Source of the DNA: Epithemia pelagica
Taxonomy: Eukaryota > Protista > Bacillariophyta
Length of the DNA: 64,000 bases
Assembly (NCBI GenBank): GCA_946965045.2
Contig: OX337236.1
Coordinates: 2,976,001 to 3,040,000, forward strand
Direction of reading: 5' to 3'
Under the pieces are notes generated by a model. The model saw only the letters and a list, made by a program, of their open reading frames with translations, did no database searches and was not told the DNA's origin. The position numbers and the translations under genes are program-made. Numbering within the stretch: position 1 is the first letter of the stretch; each line of letters opens with the position of its first letter. Positions 18,726 to 29,534 of this stretch are shown piece after piece.

Positions 18726-21642
18726 ATGACGAGCAGTGATGAGCCTCTGTCCGACGATGAAATCGTTCAAGAGAACAAACAAGCTGAAATCAGTGAAGGT
18801 GACCTGAACGACGAAGGCAGCCAAAGATCAAGACAAGACGAGCAGTGCTTCACAGATGACAGAGGACTGGCAATACAAAGAAAACAAAGAAGTGAAAGCA
18901 AATCGTGGAGCCAACAATGGAGTCGAACGATTCGGGAACAGGTTCATCGCCCCATTTTGCGGGCAATCCACCAAATGACAAAAGCTGTGGTGAAATATCC
19001 AAAGTCTACCTTGACTCTTATTGCATGCTTATCGATCCTCTTGTTCTGTGTTGGTCTGGCGACAAACTTTACGCTCGTTGTAGATGAACACGAGTTGTGG
19101 ACTCCATTCGATTCGCTTGCCACGCAAACACAGACATTGGATTAAACATGATTCGAACTTCCCCAAGGACTACTTGGAGTTTGTCATGTTTTTTCATAGT
19201 GACGGCCAGGACGTCTTGGGACTAGATCAAGTTGCGAAAGTCTTTGAGGCCGTGGATGTAGTCCGTGGAGTTGACAAGTACGATGAAATGTGTGCTGACA
19301 GTCTTCATGTTGATCTTGTCACCAATCAGACGACATGTCCCATTTCCGGAATTGTTCAGTTTTGGAGTTCAGATTACAACCTTATGCGGCAACAAGTGTC
19401 TTCCGACGAAGAAGTTATAGAAGCCATGTCCGCGTCCAGTTTTCCCGATGGTATACCAGTCAATTAAGATCCAGTCTTTGGTAAGACTGAACGCGAAAAC
19501 GACGGCTTTTCAGCTCTCAACTTGTTGACATTTTGCCAAGGGTATATGCTTGTCATTGGATTCCCCGATACGAAGGTTGCAGAGTCAGTCGAAGATCAGG
19601 CTCTCGACGTCATATTAAGTCTTCGGCAGCAATGGGACAAAGATCCTGACAACCCTCTTCGCCTCGAAGTATGGGCCCATGGGTCATTTGCAGACGAGTA
19701 AGGGCCATGTACTGACTTTTCTCCTCTCACTCTGCTTTCTCGTCGCGTCAACCTCACCTAACTTGAATAATTCGACTTCTTTTTTTCAGATTCGAACGAG
19801 CGATCGTTGAAGACATCCCCTTTGTTCCCATCGTCTTTCTGATAATGACAATTTTCACGTCCGCGATTTTATGCTTTGGACAAAACAAGTTTCAATGGCG
19901 ATGTTTGGTTGGTCTTGGTGGGGTTGTCGCAGTTCTCTTGAGTCTCTTTTCGGGATACGGCCTCTTGTTTATCATTGGAACACCCTTCACCTCCATCACT
20001 CAACTATTGACATTTGTGATTTTTGGGATTGGTCTTGATGATGCGATTATCATTTTTGGATCGTATTGCCGAACCAATGCCAACACGTCTATTGAGACAC
20101 GGATTGCCGATGTAATCGAAGACGTGGGAATATCCATCACGTTGACATCAATAACTTCGTCAGTGGCATTTGGTTTGGGATGCATGTCGAGTATCCCGGT
20201 AGTCCACTGGCTGTGTCTTTACGCATTTCCGACCGTGATCTTTGTTTATCTCTATCAGCTGACATTTTTCATCGCTTGCATTGTATTGCACGATCATCGT
20301 GTACAAGCAAGGAAGAACAATGATCACTCGACTTCTGATGTTGCTCCTAGTGGCATGTCGACAACTGAGGGTGCTTTTGAAGTACGAAATGAACCCAAAG
20401 GGGATGGCGGCGCATTCGACAAATTCATGATTGACTATGCCAAGATTCTGTTGAAGCCCGTCGTCCGTGTAGGCGTTGTTGTTGTCTTCCTAACTTTGGC
20501 AGTGGTGTGTGCCATAAGCGCATCTAACCTGTCTCAGGAGTTTGAGGTGACGGATATCCTTCCAGATGACTCTTATGTTGCTGCCTTGCTTCGGGTGTAC
20601 GATGAGTACGCCATAAATACAAGGATTAATGCCTTTGCCTACTTTCGAGACGTCGACCAATCCAATAAAACTATCCAGGATCACATGGAATCATACGTGG
20701 ATGATCTCGTTGAAATGGAGGCTATTGAAGACCAACCCCAGTTCTTCTGGCTTCGCGACTTTCAACTTTTTGTGAAACTGAGCAATGAAACTGTGAGCAA
20801 GCTGCCATTTAACGATCAATTGGATCTTTTCTTGTCGGATCCTGTTTACAACTACCTCTACCAATATCACATTGTACGTGATGACGACGGAAATATTACT
20901 GCTTCGCGTGTTGAGTTTTACTTTAACAACATAGATGTCGAAGACGTCTCCGAGCAGATAGACACTCTTTTGGAACAACGGGATCTTACTGCCCGACAAA
21001 CGGTCAATGTTGATTCAGCGAGATTGAGCTTTTTCAACTACGAGGAATCCTACGATATTATTGAGTTCTTCCACCGAACGAGACAATAGCTGATTCTTAC
21101 CAGTATCATCGGTGTTACAGCGGTGTCTGGTTTGGCGATTCTATTCATTCCACACTGGACTGCTGTATTTTTTTGTCTTGCCTGTGATATGTCTTCTCTA
21201 CGTGGATCTTTTGGGGGTGCTTCAATGGGCCAATGTTGATGTGAATGCCGTGACCTACGTCAGTGTCGTTATGGCGATTGGTTTGTACGTTGATTTTATC
21301 ATGCACGTCCTTCCTCGATACTACGAATGCGACGGAAACCGGAAAGACAAGACCGTCGAAATGCTCCGGACGATGGGATCATCTGTTCTTGCAGGTGGAA
21401 TCTCTACATTTCTGGTGATCTTACCGTTGGCGCTATCTACGAGCGCTGTGTTTTATACGGTCTTCATAGCCTTTGTCAGCTTGGTCACCCTAGGAACAGG
21501 TCATGGTTTGATTCTCATCCCCGCCTTGTTGGCGACGGTCGGTCCGGAGGATGGAAATAGCTTTACAAGAGAGCAACAACCCAAATGCTGTGATGGTGTT
21601 AGCCAGCTATCCGACACATCTTCGCCAAACAATGACATGTGA
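18726..21642 (+). pseudogene. NPC1/Patched-family (RND, sterol-sensing domain) membrane protein pseudogene, copy A
   Basis: SSD motif FGIGLDDAIII, second-half motif MAIGLYVDFIMH, many TM segments. GT-AG intron 19698-19789 gives SFADE|FERAIVEDIP. Lesions: frameshift near 19125, TAA at 19465-19467, TAG at 21087-21089, frameshift in a T run near 21170. Confidence 0.88.
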
Positions 21643-21946
21643 TAAAGCCATCGGAAAACAAGTGAACATCGGAACGTTCTATCTGAGCATGATTAAGATA
21701 GACTGATAGTTGCTCCTGTCATCAATCTCGCAGGTGACGGTCTTGCGGATGTATTTGTTTCATTTGATGACGAGATAGCCGAGTATCAATAGACCCAACA
21801 AGCGGTTGATCTGTAGTAGACTAAGAGCCACAAAACCGCTGACCAGGTAGACAGACTGTATGATTCACAATATCTCACAATGTGTCCCTGATTATAATGT
21901 TTCTACATAAGTTCTACCCTGCATCCTCTTGAAACATTGAAACCTT

Positions 21947-22986
21947 TTGAAAGGTCTATTGAGGTATACAAGAAGTTGTGCCTTCTCGGACTTGGACTTT
22001 CGTCGCGGCGCTCAACAATATGAAGATCGGAGGACTACTGCGACTTGGCACTGGTCCATGTCGTCTGTATTCGGTTCTCACACAATGTTCGTCATGTATG
22101 GCCTTCTTGTTGCGATTGGTGTTGTTGTTGTTGGTTTGGTGCTCTCGTCATGTCGTTGTTTCACCAGTGGTAGAAGCCTTTGTCACTATTGGGAACCCGG
22201 CCTGAAATCCTATGCCATTGGACGAATGGATAAACCCACACACTTGTTTTTGGGATCGCTCCAGTATCCAGCCGGGGAAGTCTCGGACATTCCGAAACAT
22301 GACGATCCGAATCAGTAAAAGGAAGAATAAGGATCTACAGCCCGTGTAGAGATTTTTTATTTCCAGTGTTGTTATGTGACATGTGACACCTACCTACATA
22401 CGAGTACCAGTGAAGGAGGAAGAAGGATGGTGTTTTTACATCATGTGGAAGAGACTCCCTACAAGTGGTACGAATCAGCAGAATAGACAATATGCATAGT
22501 AATAGACGTGGTGGAGTGAATAAAGTGTGGTGGTGGTACCCCAGACGGCACTGGTTGGATTGTGTGTGTTCCCAAGAATTGTTGTCGTCGTTGTCATGGT
22601 CGTCATTGGATTTTTTTTATATGCCATTTGGAACAGAGTCGTGTACTAGAGCTTTTTTCACACTTGTTTTTGGGACGCCTGGCCCATCCGCCGGGAGAGA
22701 AAACGGATATTCCCAAATAATACTAGGTAGTCCATGGCATTCCAGGGCCGCCGGTTGTCTGTGGAGGCGGCACATGGTATGGCGGGGCAGCCGTGTGGCG
22801 AAATTCCATTGGGCCTCGAGTCGACGCGACCATGCCGATAGTGGTTGCATACTTAGTTGGGAACCAAATTTTAAATCCTATGCCATTGGACGAATGAATC
22901 GCAAATCACACTTGTTTTGGGGACGCCTGGTCCATCCACCAGATTTAACAACCCCTACTTCTCTCCAATACCACTCCCACCTATAG
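21947..22986 (+). other. Three diverged tandem copies of a short coding-like module ([WEP..KSYAIGRM]..HLF.G.L..P.(G)E/D), two preceded by a hydrophobic stretch
   Basis: DNA similarity among about 22185-22285, 22655-22715 and 22850-22945: HLFLGSLQYPAGE, HLFLGRLAHPPGE, HLFWGRLVHPPD. Confidence 0.55.
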
Positions 22987-23233
22987 GTAGGTGTGAGAGG
23001 TTCCATTTCATTGTGTCGGATGTTTTCCCACTCGAATACTTGCTTTGTCGCAGTTTGCTAAACTACTCCTAGGTACTCCTACGTAATCTAGAGGAGTCAG
23101 ACTACCATCTGTAGGTAGTTCCACTCACAGTTTTTGTCCCGATTCCCGGCCGATTGTGAAAGGACCAAGCAGCGACCTCTTTGGTCGCAGAATTGATTCG
23201 GATCCGTTGGGCCCAATCATGCGTTCCACGTCC

Positions 23234-23350
23234 AACCAAAGATCGGTCATGTTAAAGACTCGTAATCATAAAGAGTGACTTTTAGGATCCTCTAGCCTAG
23301 AGGTCTATGTCTCGCTAAATCCTCGCTCACAAACGCGACCATTTCTCGGT
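23234..23350 (-). repeat. Copia-3 3' terminal repeat (101-bp LTR core 23250-23350 plus a shared 16-nt extension)
   Basis: Matches 29418-29534 except one internal base and the outermost 2 nt (plus strand GT versus CA). Confidence 0.85.
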
Positions 23351-23502
23351 CCCCTCGCGAATCCATAGTCCGCTTACTCTAGGGTATTCGTGCTTCATCT
23401 CTTATTCTCGTTCAGCTAGCTCCAAAACCTGCTTATAGCTCGTCTTCAATCGAGTGCAGGACGTACCCGATCCCAGAGAATCCATTCTGGTGGGAAACGC
23501 AC

Positions 23503-26500
23503 TTAATAAAGGATCATTGATGCAAGTCTCGTTCGTTCTGTACCTGTCTGAATCTTAGTCAAAAGGTCAGCAAGGTTAGTCTTAGACGGCTCAAAGGCGA
23601 TACGGCAACTTCCATTCGCAACATTCTCTCTGACAAAGTGGTAAGCAATAGCATTCGACTTCTTACGCAACACCGATTCGGGTTTTGAACTGTTGAGGAC
23701 CACTGACATGTTATCAACACGAATGTGTGCATGTCCCTCAAGTCGTACTCCCATCATCCGCAACTTATACCGTAGGCCCTTTATCATCTCGATGCCCACC
23801 TTCAATGCCATGAATTCCAAACCAAACGTCGAAGTCTCAACACTGGTTTGCTTCTTGCTATACCAGTTTACTGGAGCCCGATTCAAAAAGATGAGAACTC
23901 CTGTCCTTGAACGACGAGTTGCAAGGTCACCAGCATGATCGGCGTCAACAAACGCGGTCATTTGCACAGAACGGCCAAGAGGTTCTGGAGCATCCGGTGG
24001 TAAATCTTCCTTGGCATCCGGATAGTGTGCACTCCCATCGGCAGTCGGCTCCTCGCCATGAATGATGTAAGATGGGCCAAGTACTAAGCGAGAATGGTCA
24101 TGCGTATTGATGTATGCAAAAATGTGAAGCATCGCATGGACATGGCCTTCCCTTGGCCCTGCAAGAAAGGCTGCCAACATTGACACTTCCGCTGTGATGT
24201 CTATCCGTCCAAGCTCGACTAGCCATCGAAGCACACCCATTTGCTGCTGGAAGAAATTCATCCAGTCACCATCACAATACGGACTAGTATCCAGTTCTGG
24301 CCTATACCCTGAAGGTAAGACTCCAGCTGTTCTCGTCTTGAATTTCATGCCGTGCTTTTCCATCCACGTGCTCACATTGCGTATGGCTTCGCTTGCATAT
24401 CTTTTTGAACTCAAGGCCCAACACCTCTTTGCACTATCACCATCGATGTCGAACGTTTCAACTTGGTTTCCAAGATATAGTTTGGGAGGGCCGATCGAAT
24501 TTGGTTTCAATAAATAATGTTGATCTAACATTGTCAAGATGTCTCGTCCCCTGTGTGAGAGCACAAGGACGTCATCGATATAAATGAAAACATACTCGTA
24601 GTATTGTGTTCCATCTGGTTTTGTTGCATGGCGTAGGTAGACGTCTGGGTCTGCTCTACACGGAGACAACCCCAAGGATTCTTGTAGGGTGGTAGAGAGA
24701 TGCTCACGCCGTGCAAAGGCGCTTGTCTTTAATCCGTAGAGTGCCTTGGTGATGATTGCGAATCGCCATTCAAATTCTTTGCCAAATTCCAGACCACAGC
24801 GGGTGCAAATCTTTTCATGACAAGGCGCGTTCAGGTACGCTCCTGCAATATCGGCTGCAATGATGTCTATGTCATTGAGGGCAGCCAGAAGGAAGCCGAT
24901 CCTCACACTCTCTCGACTGACGACACTCGCGTAGGTCGGGGTTTCTGGTTCCCCTGTTTTGTGTCCGCCAGCAACATACCGAGCCTTCCGAGTGAAATCC
25001 ATCTTCACATCGAAAACAATGTGGCAAGGTATAATCTGGTGGCCAACCGGCTGTGGTGAGCCTTCATCCAAAATCTTCATGGCCGGAAAAATCTTCGACA
25101 TTTCAAGTTGAAGGGCCTTAGCCCAGAAGTCGGTGCCACTTTCCTTATCGATTTCAAGTGCACGTTCGACAGTCTTTGGTAACTCGATACCATATTTCTG
25201 AAACTTCCGCATGTACCGTGTCGAAGTCGCTGCCTTGATCAATCGGTCACGTCTCTTTAAGGTGAAATGAACCCACCAATCAAATGCCGGTTCTTTATCT
25301 ATCTGGTTGGCTATCGCATATTCTGCGACCTCTAAAGGATTTGACTTCTTGAGATCTTTTAGATGCTCCCAGCTGGAAGAGCCATCTTTCCACTGAACGC
25401 ACAATGACCATCCACGTGTCGTCCTTTTCTTGTGTTCTCGCCCATTGAGCATGATCGTCCCGTTGGATGAGGTGATGGCACTCCCATCTTTCTTGTGATC
25501 TATGATCTGATCGATAATGCGGTACCGATTTCCTTCATCATCGAGTTGCTCATAAATATTCTCCGCGATCAAATTCGCAGCATATGATTCCACATGCCCG
25601 TCCTGGAATTCTACTTCATACATGGAAGTGTCCAGTATCGGGTTGGTTGATGCTCTCCCAATGAGCTTCCCATCCGCGTCTCTCTTTCTTCTCACGACTT
25701 GTCCAGGGCGTAATGAATCGCCTAAAGGCAGCATGACTTTGGCTGAAATCAGCTTATCGTATGAGTCGGTAGTGTACTCATCCATCTCAGGTTTTGTCAC
25801 GTCCTCTTGTTCGTCATCTTCATAGGGTTGATAATGTGGGGTTTCTGTTGCATATTCGTCGTCAACGTCGTCCCCTGGAGCGAGACCCTCCATCCTCTGG
25901 CCTAGGACTTGTCTGAGATTGTTGTCGAATTGTTCCTTTTGTGCTATGAAACTGGGATCATGAGACTTCTCAACTGACAAGGGCCACACTGATGTTCTGT
26001 GGATGACTTTGCCTTTGTCCGTCAATATTTTGGAACTCATGGCTTGTCCTACGCTGATACTTGGACCGAGCCAGCGCCCCAATTTTCTTCCTTCAAAGCC
26101 TGGGTTCGAATACCAGACCGGGTCATACCACTGATGCTCTATCAAGTGGGAGATATCAGGGGTGTCCCCTGTTAGAGTCTTCATTGGAGGCCCGTCCAGA
26201 TGTGGACTAGAAGATAAGACGGTATGTGAACGTCGTCTTGCCACCAATTCCAAACAATGGTCCCACAGGACTGCCGGAGAATTCGCTCGCCTCATCTCTC
26301 TTCGGTACATTCTTTTAAGTTCCCGGATGTTAGCCTCAGCTAAATTTTGGTTGGGCGTCCACGCCTCTATCGGATGGATTTTGCACCCGTATTTGTATGC
26401 CGTCTTCCGAAAATTGCCTGTTGTGAGTTCTGGCGCATTGTCTGGGATCACGCTGTTAAAGATGCCAAATTCATCGAAGACACGCTCCAATGTCGTATAC

Positions 26501-27453
26501 GCCTCTTTCTTCTTCTGCATAGCGTAAAATTGGACCCAGCCAAAATCCGTGGCATATACTTGGCCACAAGTATTCTGTCCCAAAGACTTGACATCCGAGA
26601 AGAGAGTGTCAGTGTAGACATCTGCTCTTAGTCTGCGGTGCTTGAGTTGGTAAGCGGTGTGTTTGAGCCGCTTGCTCCCGATAGATTCCGAGAAATCTCG
26701 AACTCCCAACTGAGTAGTTTGTTGGTACGTTTTCTCGGCCATGGGAATCCCAATTCCCCATCGTTTTGAAAGCGTGATGGGATCAACAGTCCCCTTTCGC
26801 CCATGCCGCATGTCGGCAATGACTCTTGAGTTGACCCGGACTGTGGCTGCCATTCTCTTATGCAACTCTCTTGGTCCTTTCTTTCTTATCTGGTCGGACT
26901 CAACATAGGTTCTGAGTTTCCTTTCATTGACGTCTTCCGTCAAGTCATTCGGATTCCACTCAGGATCAGAGTTGGTCATGTCGATCCGGTTTGAGGGATC
27001 AATTTCTTTGATCTCATCCCAGCTTGGCTTACGAACCGTGAAGCCACTTATTACTCCTGTCAACTGAAAAGGGATCTTCATTTTCCCGTTTCCATCATTC
27101 AGTGGTGCGATTAGGGAATGTGACGTTCCTGTCCTGTTTTCTTCCTTGATGTATTTCAAGGGAACGTCATTTATTTCTATCCCTGCCTCCCGCATTTGAT
27201 TCGGGTTTAGAAGGCACTTCTGCATCATTGGCAGATGCAAAGCTTGATGAAAGTAAAGCAAGTATGTTTCTCCTGATTCCGGGTCATCATATGCCACGAC
27301 ACCGGTCACAATTGGAGTCTCCTTGATACTTCCCAACGTATTTGTGAAACCACTAACTTTAGCATTGCCCGTTTCATGGAGTACAAGGCAAATGCTTCCG
27401 AGACAGCATGTATCTGCGTGGCTGTCAAGCTCGCATTGAGCTGTAGTGGCCAC
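23503..27453 (-). CDS. pol: Copia-3 Pol (protease, integrase, chromodomain-like insert, RT, RNase H), 1316 aa
   Basis: PR CELDSHADTCC; IN YTDTLFS/IPDNAPE/NQNLAEANIRELK; RT RKARYV...YIDD; RH FVDADHAGD...NLADLLTK. Confidence 0.95.
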   Translation of the reverse strand: MATTAQCELDSHADTCCLGSICLVLHETGNAKVSGFTNTLGSIKETPIVTGVVAYDDPESGETYLLYFHQALHLPMMQKCLLNPNQMREAGIEINDVPLKYIKEENRTGTSHSLIAPLNDGNGKMKIPFQLTGVISGFTVRKPSWDEIKEIDPSNRIDMTNSDPEWNPNDLTEDVNERKLRTYVESDQIRKKGPRELHKRMAATVRVNSRVIADMRHGRKGTVDPITLSKRWGIGIPMAEKTYQQTTQLGVRDFSESIGSKRLKHTAYQLKHRRLRADVYTDTLFSDVKSLGQNTCGQVYATDFGWVQFYAMQKKKEAYTTLERVFDEFGIFNSVIPDNAPELTTGNFRKTAYKYGCKIHPIEAWTPNQNLAEANIRELKRMYRREMRRANSPAVLWDHCLELVARRRSHTVLSSSPHLDGPPMKTLTGDTPDISHLIEHQWYDPVWYSNPGFEGRKLGRWLGPSISVGQAMSSKILTDKGKVIHRTSVWPLSVEKSHDPSFIAQKEQFDNNLRQVLGQRMEGLAPGDDVDDEYATETPHYQPYEDDEQEDVTKPEMDEYTTDSYDKLISAKVMLPLGDSLRPGQVVRRKRDADGKLIGRASTNPILDTSMYEVEFQDGHVESYAANLIAENIYEQLDDEGNRYRIIDQIIDHKKDGSAITSSNGTIMLNGREHKKRTTRGWSLCVQWKDGSSSWEHLKDLKKSNPLEVAEYAIANQIDKEPAFDWWVHFTLKRRDRLIKAATSTRYMRKFQKYGIELPKTVERALEIDKESGTDFWAKALQLEMSKIFPAMKILDEGSPQPVGHQIIPCHIVFDVKMDFTRKARYVAGGHKTGEPETPTYASVVSRESVRIGFLLAALNDIDIIAADIAGAYLNAPCHEKICTRCGLEFGKEFEWRFAIITKALYGLKTSAFARREHLSTTLQESLGLSPCRADPDVYLRHATKPDGTQYYEYVFIYIDDVLVLSHRGRDILTMLDQHYLLKPNSIGPPKLYLGNQVETFDIDGDSAKRCWALSSKRYASEAIRNVSTWMEKHGMKFKTRTAGVLPSGYRPELDTSPYCDGDWMNFFQQQMGVLRWLVELGRIDITAEVSMLAAFLAGPREGHVHAMLHIFAYINTHDHSRLVLGPSYIIHGEEPTADGSAHYPDAKEDLPPDAPEPLGRSVQMTAFVDADHAGDLATRRSRTGVLIFLNRAPVNWYSKKQTSVETSTFGLEFMALKVGIEMIKGLRYKLRMMGVRLEGHAHIRVDNMSVVLNSSKPESVLRKKSNAIAYHFVRENVANGSCRIAFEPSKTNLADLLTKIQTGTERTRLASMILY

Positions 27454-27483
27454 AATGTCGCTCGAGACTCCTTGGATGGAGTG

Positions 27484-28968
27484 TCAGATTCGTTCTTTGC
27501 CTCTATTTTTGCGTTGACTCATGATGGCTCCAATTCCGGCATCTCTTGCTTCATTCTGGTCATCTTCACTAGATGAGTGACTTTCATCAGTCGTCGAGGT
27601 CGACGAACCATCGTTATTCTTCTTCTTCTTGCTCCCTGACGAGACTGCTGATGCAGTACGCTTCTTTGTGCTGCTATTCTTGGCATCACGAGTTTCCCGG
27701 ACAAGCTGTTGCTGTTCCTTGGACAGTTTAATCCATTCTTTATAAGGGAAGTACCGATTCGGGTTGAAGGATTTGTTACCATTCTTTCCATTCCCATTCC
27801 CGTTGTTCTTATTTCCTTTATTGTTCACGTGCACGGCTGAGATACGTGCTTTCCTGGTAGTGGCGCTATAGGAGACCTTGTTGTCAAGGACCTCGGCCAT
27901 ATAACTTGATGCCAATTCAAAAGATGTACGTAGATTTGGCGTTGCCAGAATTTGATTCTTGGCACTCTCCAAACGAGGGTCGTGAATTCCTGTAAGAAGC
28001 ACTCGAATCTTCCTTTCAGTACTGACCAATTCTCCAGTTGATTCTAAATCAGTGAAGGCTCGCTGGAGCTGTTCGGTGTACCTTTCGTAGGTAAAGTTAC
28101 GTCTGGTTCCGTCGTAATAACTTGTTTCAAGGGTCTGGTCCGCTTTAGCACACAACCTTGTTTGGTATGCGTCACCCAAATAGTGGCTTTTCAATGCTAA
28201 ATATGCAGCACATCCACTTCTTGCTCGACTGTAGGATTGCACCCATCCCCATCCAGGTCCTCCATGCGTAATATGGCGGACAACATCCCATACGGCTTCA
28301 TTATCTGTGAGGGCTGTCGGCCCGGAATGGGGAGCACGACGGATTTATTCATGGAGGTGAGAAGGCGTCGCATAACCTGGGTCAAGGTCGTCAGTTGGAA
28401 TGGTTTGAATCATTCTGGTATAAGCAGCAAGAGGAATGCCTGTCACGCCTCTCTTCCTTTCCAAGTAGTCATCTAGATTTTCAAGGACACTTCGAATGTT
28501 CTCGACAGCTGTGAGGCGCTCAGGAAGTTCAATGTCGTTGTCATATTCCTCCTCACTTTCTTTGAATCGATAGAGGGCTTGGAGATTCTCCAGACTAGCA
28601 GAGTTGGCTGCTGGGTCAAAGGTACGTGAGATCTTGGTGAGATGCTGGATGTAATATTGCAGCATTTTAAGACGCTTCTCAATGACATGTCCAACGAGAA
28701 CTCCAGGGTTTTGAATCGTCGTTGGGATGCCTGCAACTGGGTTAGCCGCATTGTAAGCAGGGTTTGGGATCGTACCCCCTGGCTTACGGGCATTGGTACA
28801 AATTTCGGCGATATCATTTTCCGACAGGCGTTGGAAATTGCTGATGGAAGTTAGTCCTTGTCCATTCAAAGCATCCCGGACGCTCTGGTTGTTGATAAGG
28901 AGAGTGTTCTGCAAGTAATCGTTGAGGATTTCAAGCGGAGTTGGAGGAGCTGGAGGTGCGGCGTCCAT
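27484..28968 (-). pseudogene. gag: Copia-3 gag, in frame with pol, broken by TAA (28345-28347) and ending at TGA (27484-27486)
   Basis: The 207-aa and 252-aa ORFs and pol share one frame. The linker reads HE*IRRAPHSGPTALTDNEAVWDVVRHITHGGPGWGWVQ. Confidence 0.85.
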
Positions 28969-29417
28969 GGTTAGCTTTCAATTTGCAATACTTGTTGGTA
29001 TTCTTTCAGACTTTCACGTATTCAGAAGAGTGAACGATCCTCATCTTTTGGGATTGTCATGTGAGCGATTGAAAGGTAGAAAGCATGCACAGCTGCATTA
29101 TTGTCCCGCGTCACATAAGTGATATTTGTTATCGCTGGGTCGCATGGCAGGCTTCTCTTTTCAACGGCAAAGATTGGCGCGTCCGCCATTGCCCAGGAGT
29201 GTGCGCATCGCAGACCACACTCCTTCACTAGTCCGGTCTGGCTCCGTTGCAAGTCAGATATTCTACGAGACTAGTGGAACAACCTCAAGGTTGACCATAT
29301 GGGCGGATCATAGGGACATACTTAGTCCGATCCAGATATTTTTACTACCTTCCCAGGCCATTGTGCAAGCTTAGCTTTCTCATCCTTTCGTCATGGCTCA
29401 GAGTCTTGGGTCTGATA

Positions 29418-29534
29418 AACCAAAGATCGGTCATGTTAAAGACTCGTAATCATAAAGAGTGACTATTAGGATCCTCTAGCCTAGAGGTCTATGTCTCGCT
29501 AAATCCTCGCTCACAAACGCGACCATTTCTCGCA
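29418..29534 (-). repeat. Copia-3 5' terminal repeat (TG...CA core 29434-29534)
   Basis: Direct repeat of 23234-23350. Confidence 0.85.

Larger units (their letters stand above)
1..22817. repeat. Segmental duplication, copy A (pairs with 42123-64000)
   Basis: Position 1 TTTATCACGGGTCG recurs at 42123 (offset 42122). The ORF tracks are essentially identical. The offset falls to 41184 after a 938-bp deletion in copy B. Both copies run off the window edges. Confidence 0.98.
23234..29534 (-). mobile_element. Copia-3: CoDi-type Copia retrotransposon with very short, atypical terminal repeats and no detectable TSD
   Basis: A 115-bp direct repeat (23234-23348 and 29418-29532, one mismatch) brackets gag and a 1316-aa Pol. 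PPT-like GAGGGG at 23351-23356. Confidence 0.9.

Noticed and set aside
3025-28347. Stop-codon reassignment (TAA/TAG read as an amino acid), suggested by many in-frame stops in long frames
   Set aside because: The residues expected at the stops differ (Leu/Ile, Trp, Lys/Gln, Glu, Arg), frameshifts also occur, and intact ORFs end normally in TAA/TAG/TGA. Ordinary decay explains it.
29380-29440. Hammerhead ribozyme near CTGATAA / GACGAAAG
   Set aside because: The CUGANGA and GAAA core elements are not arranged around stem II on either strand.
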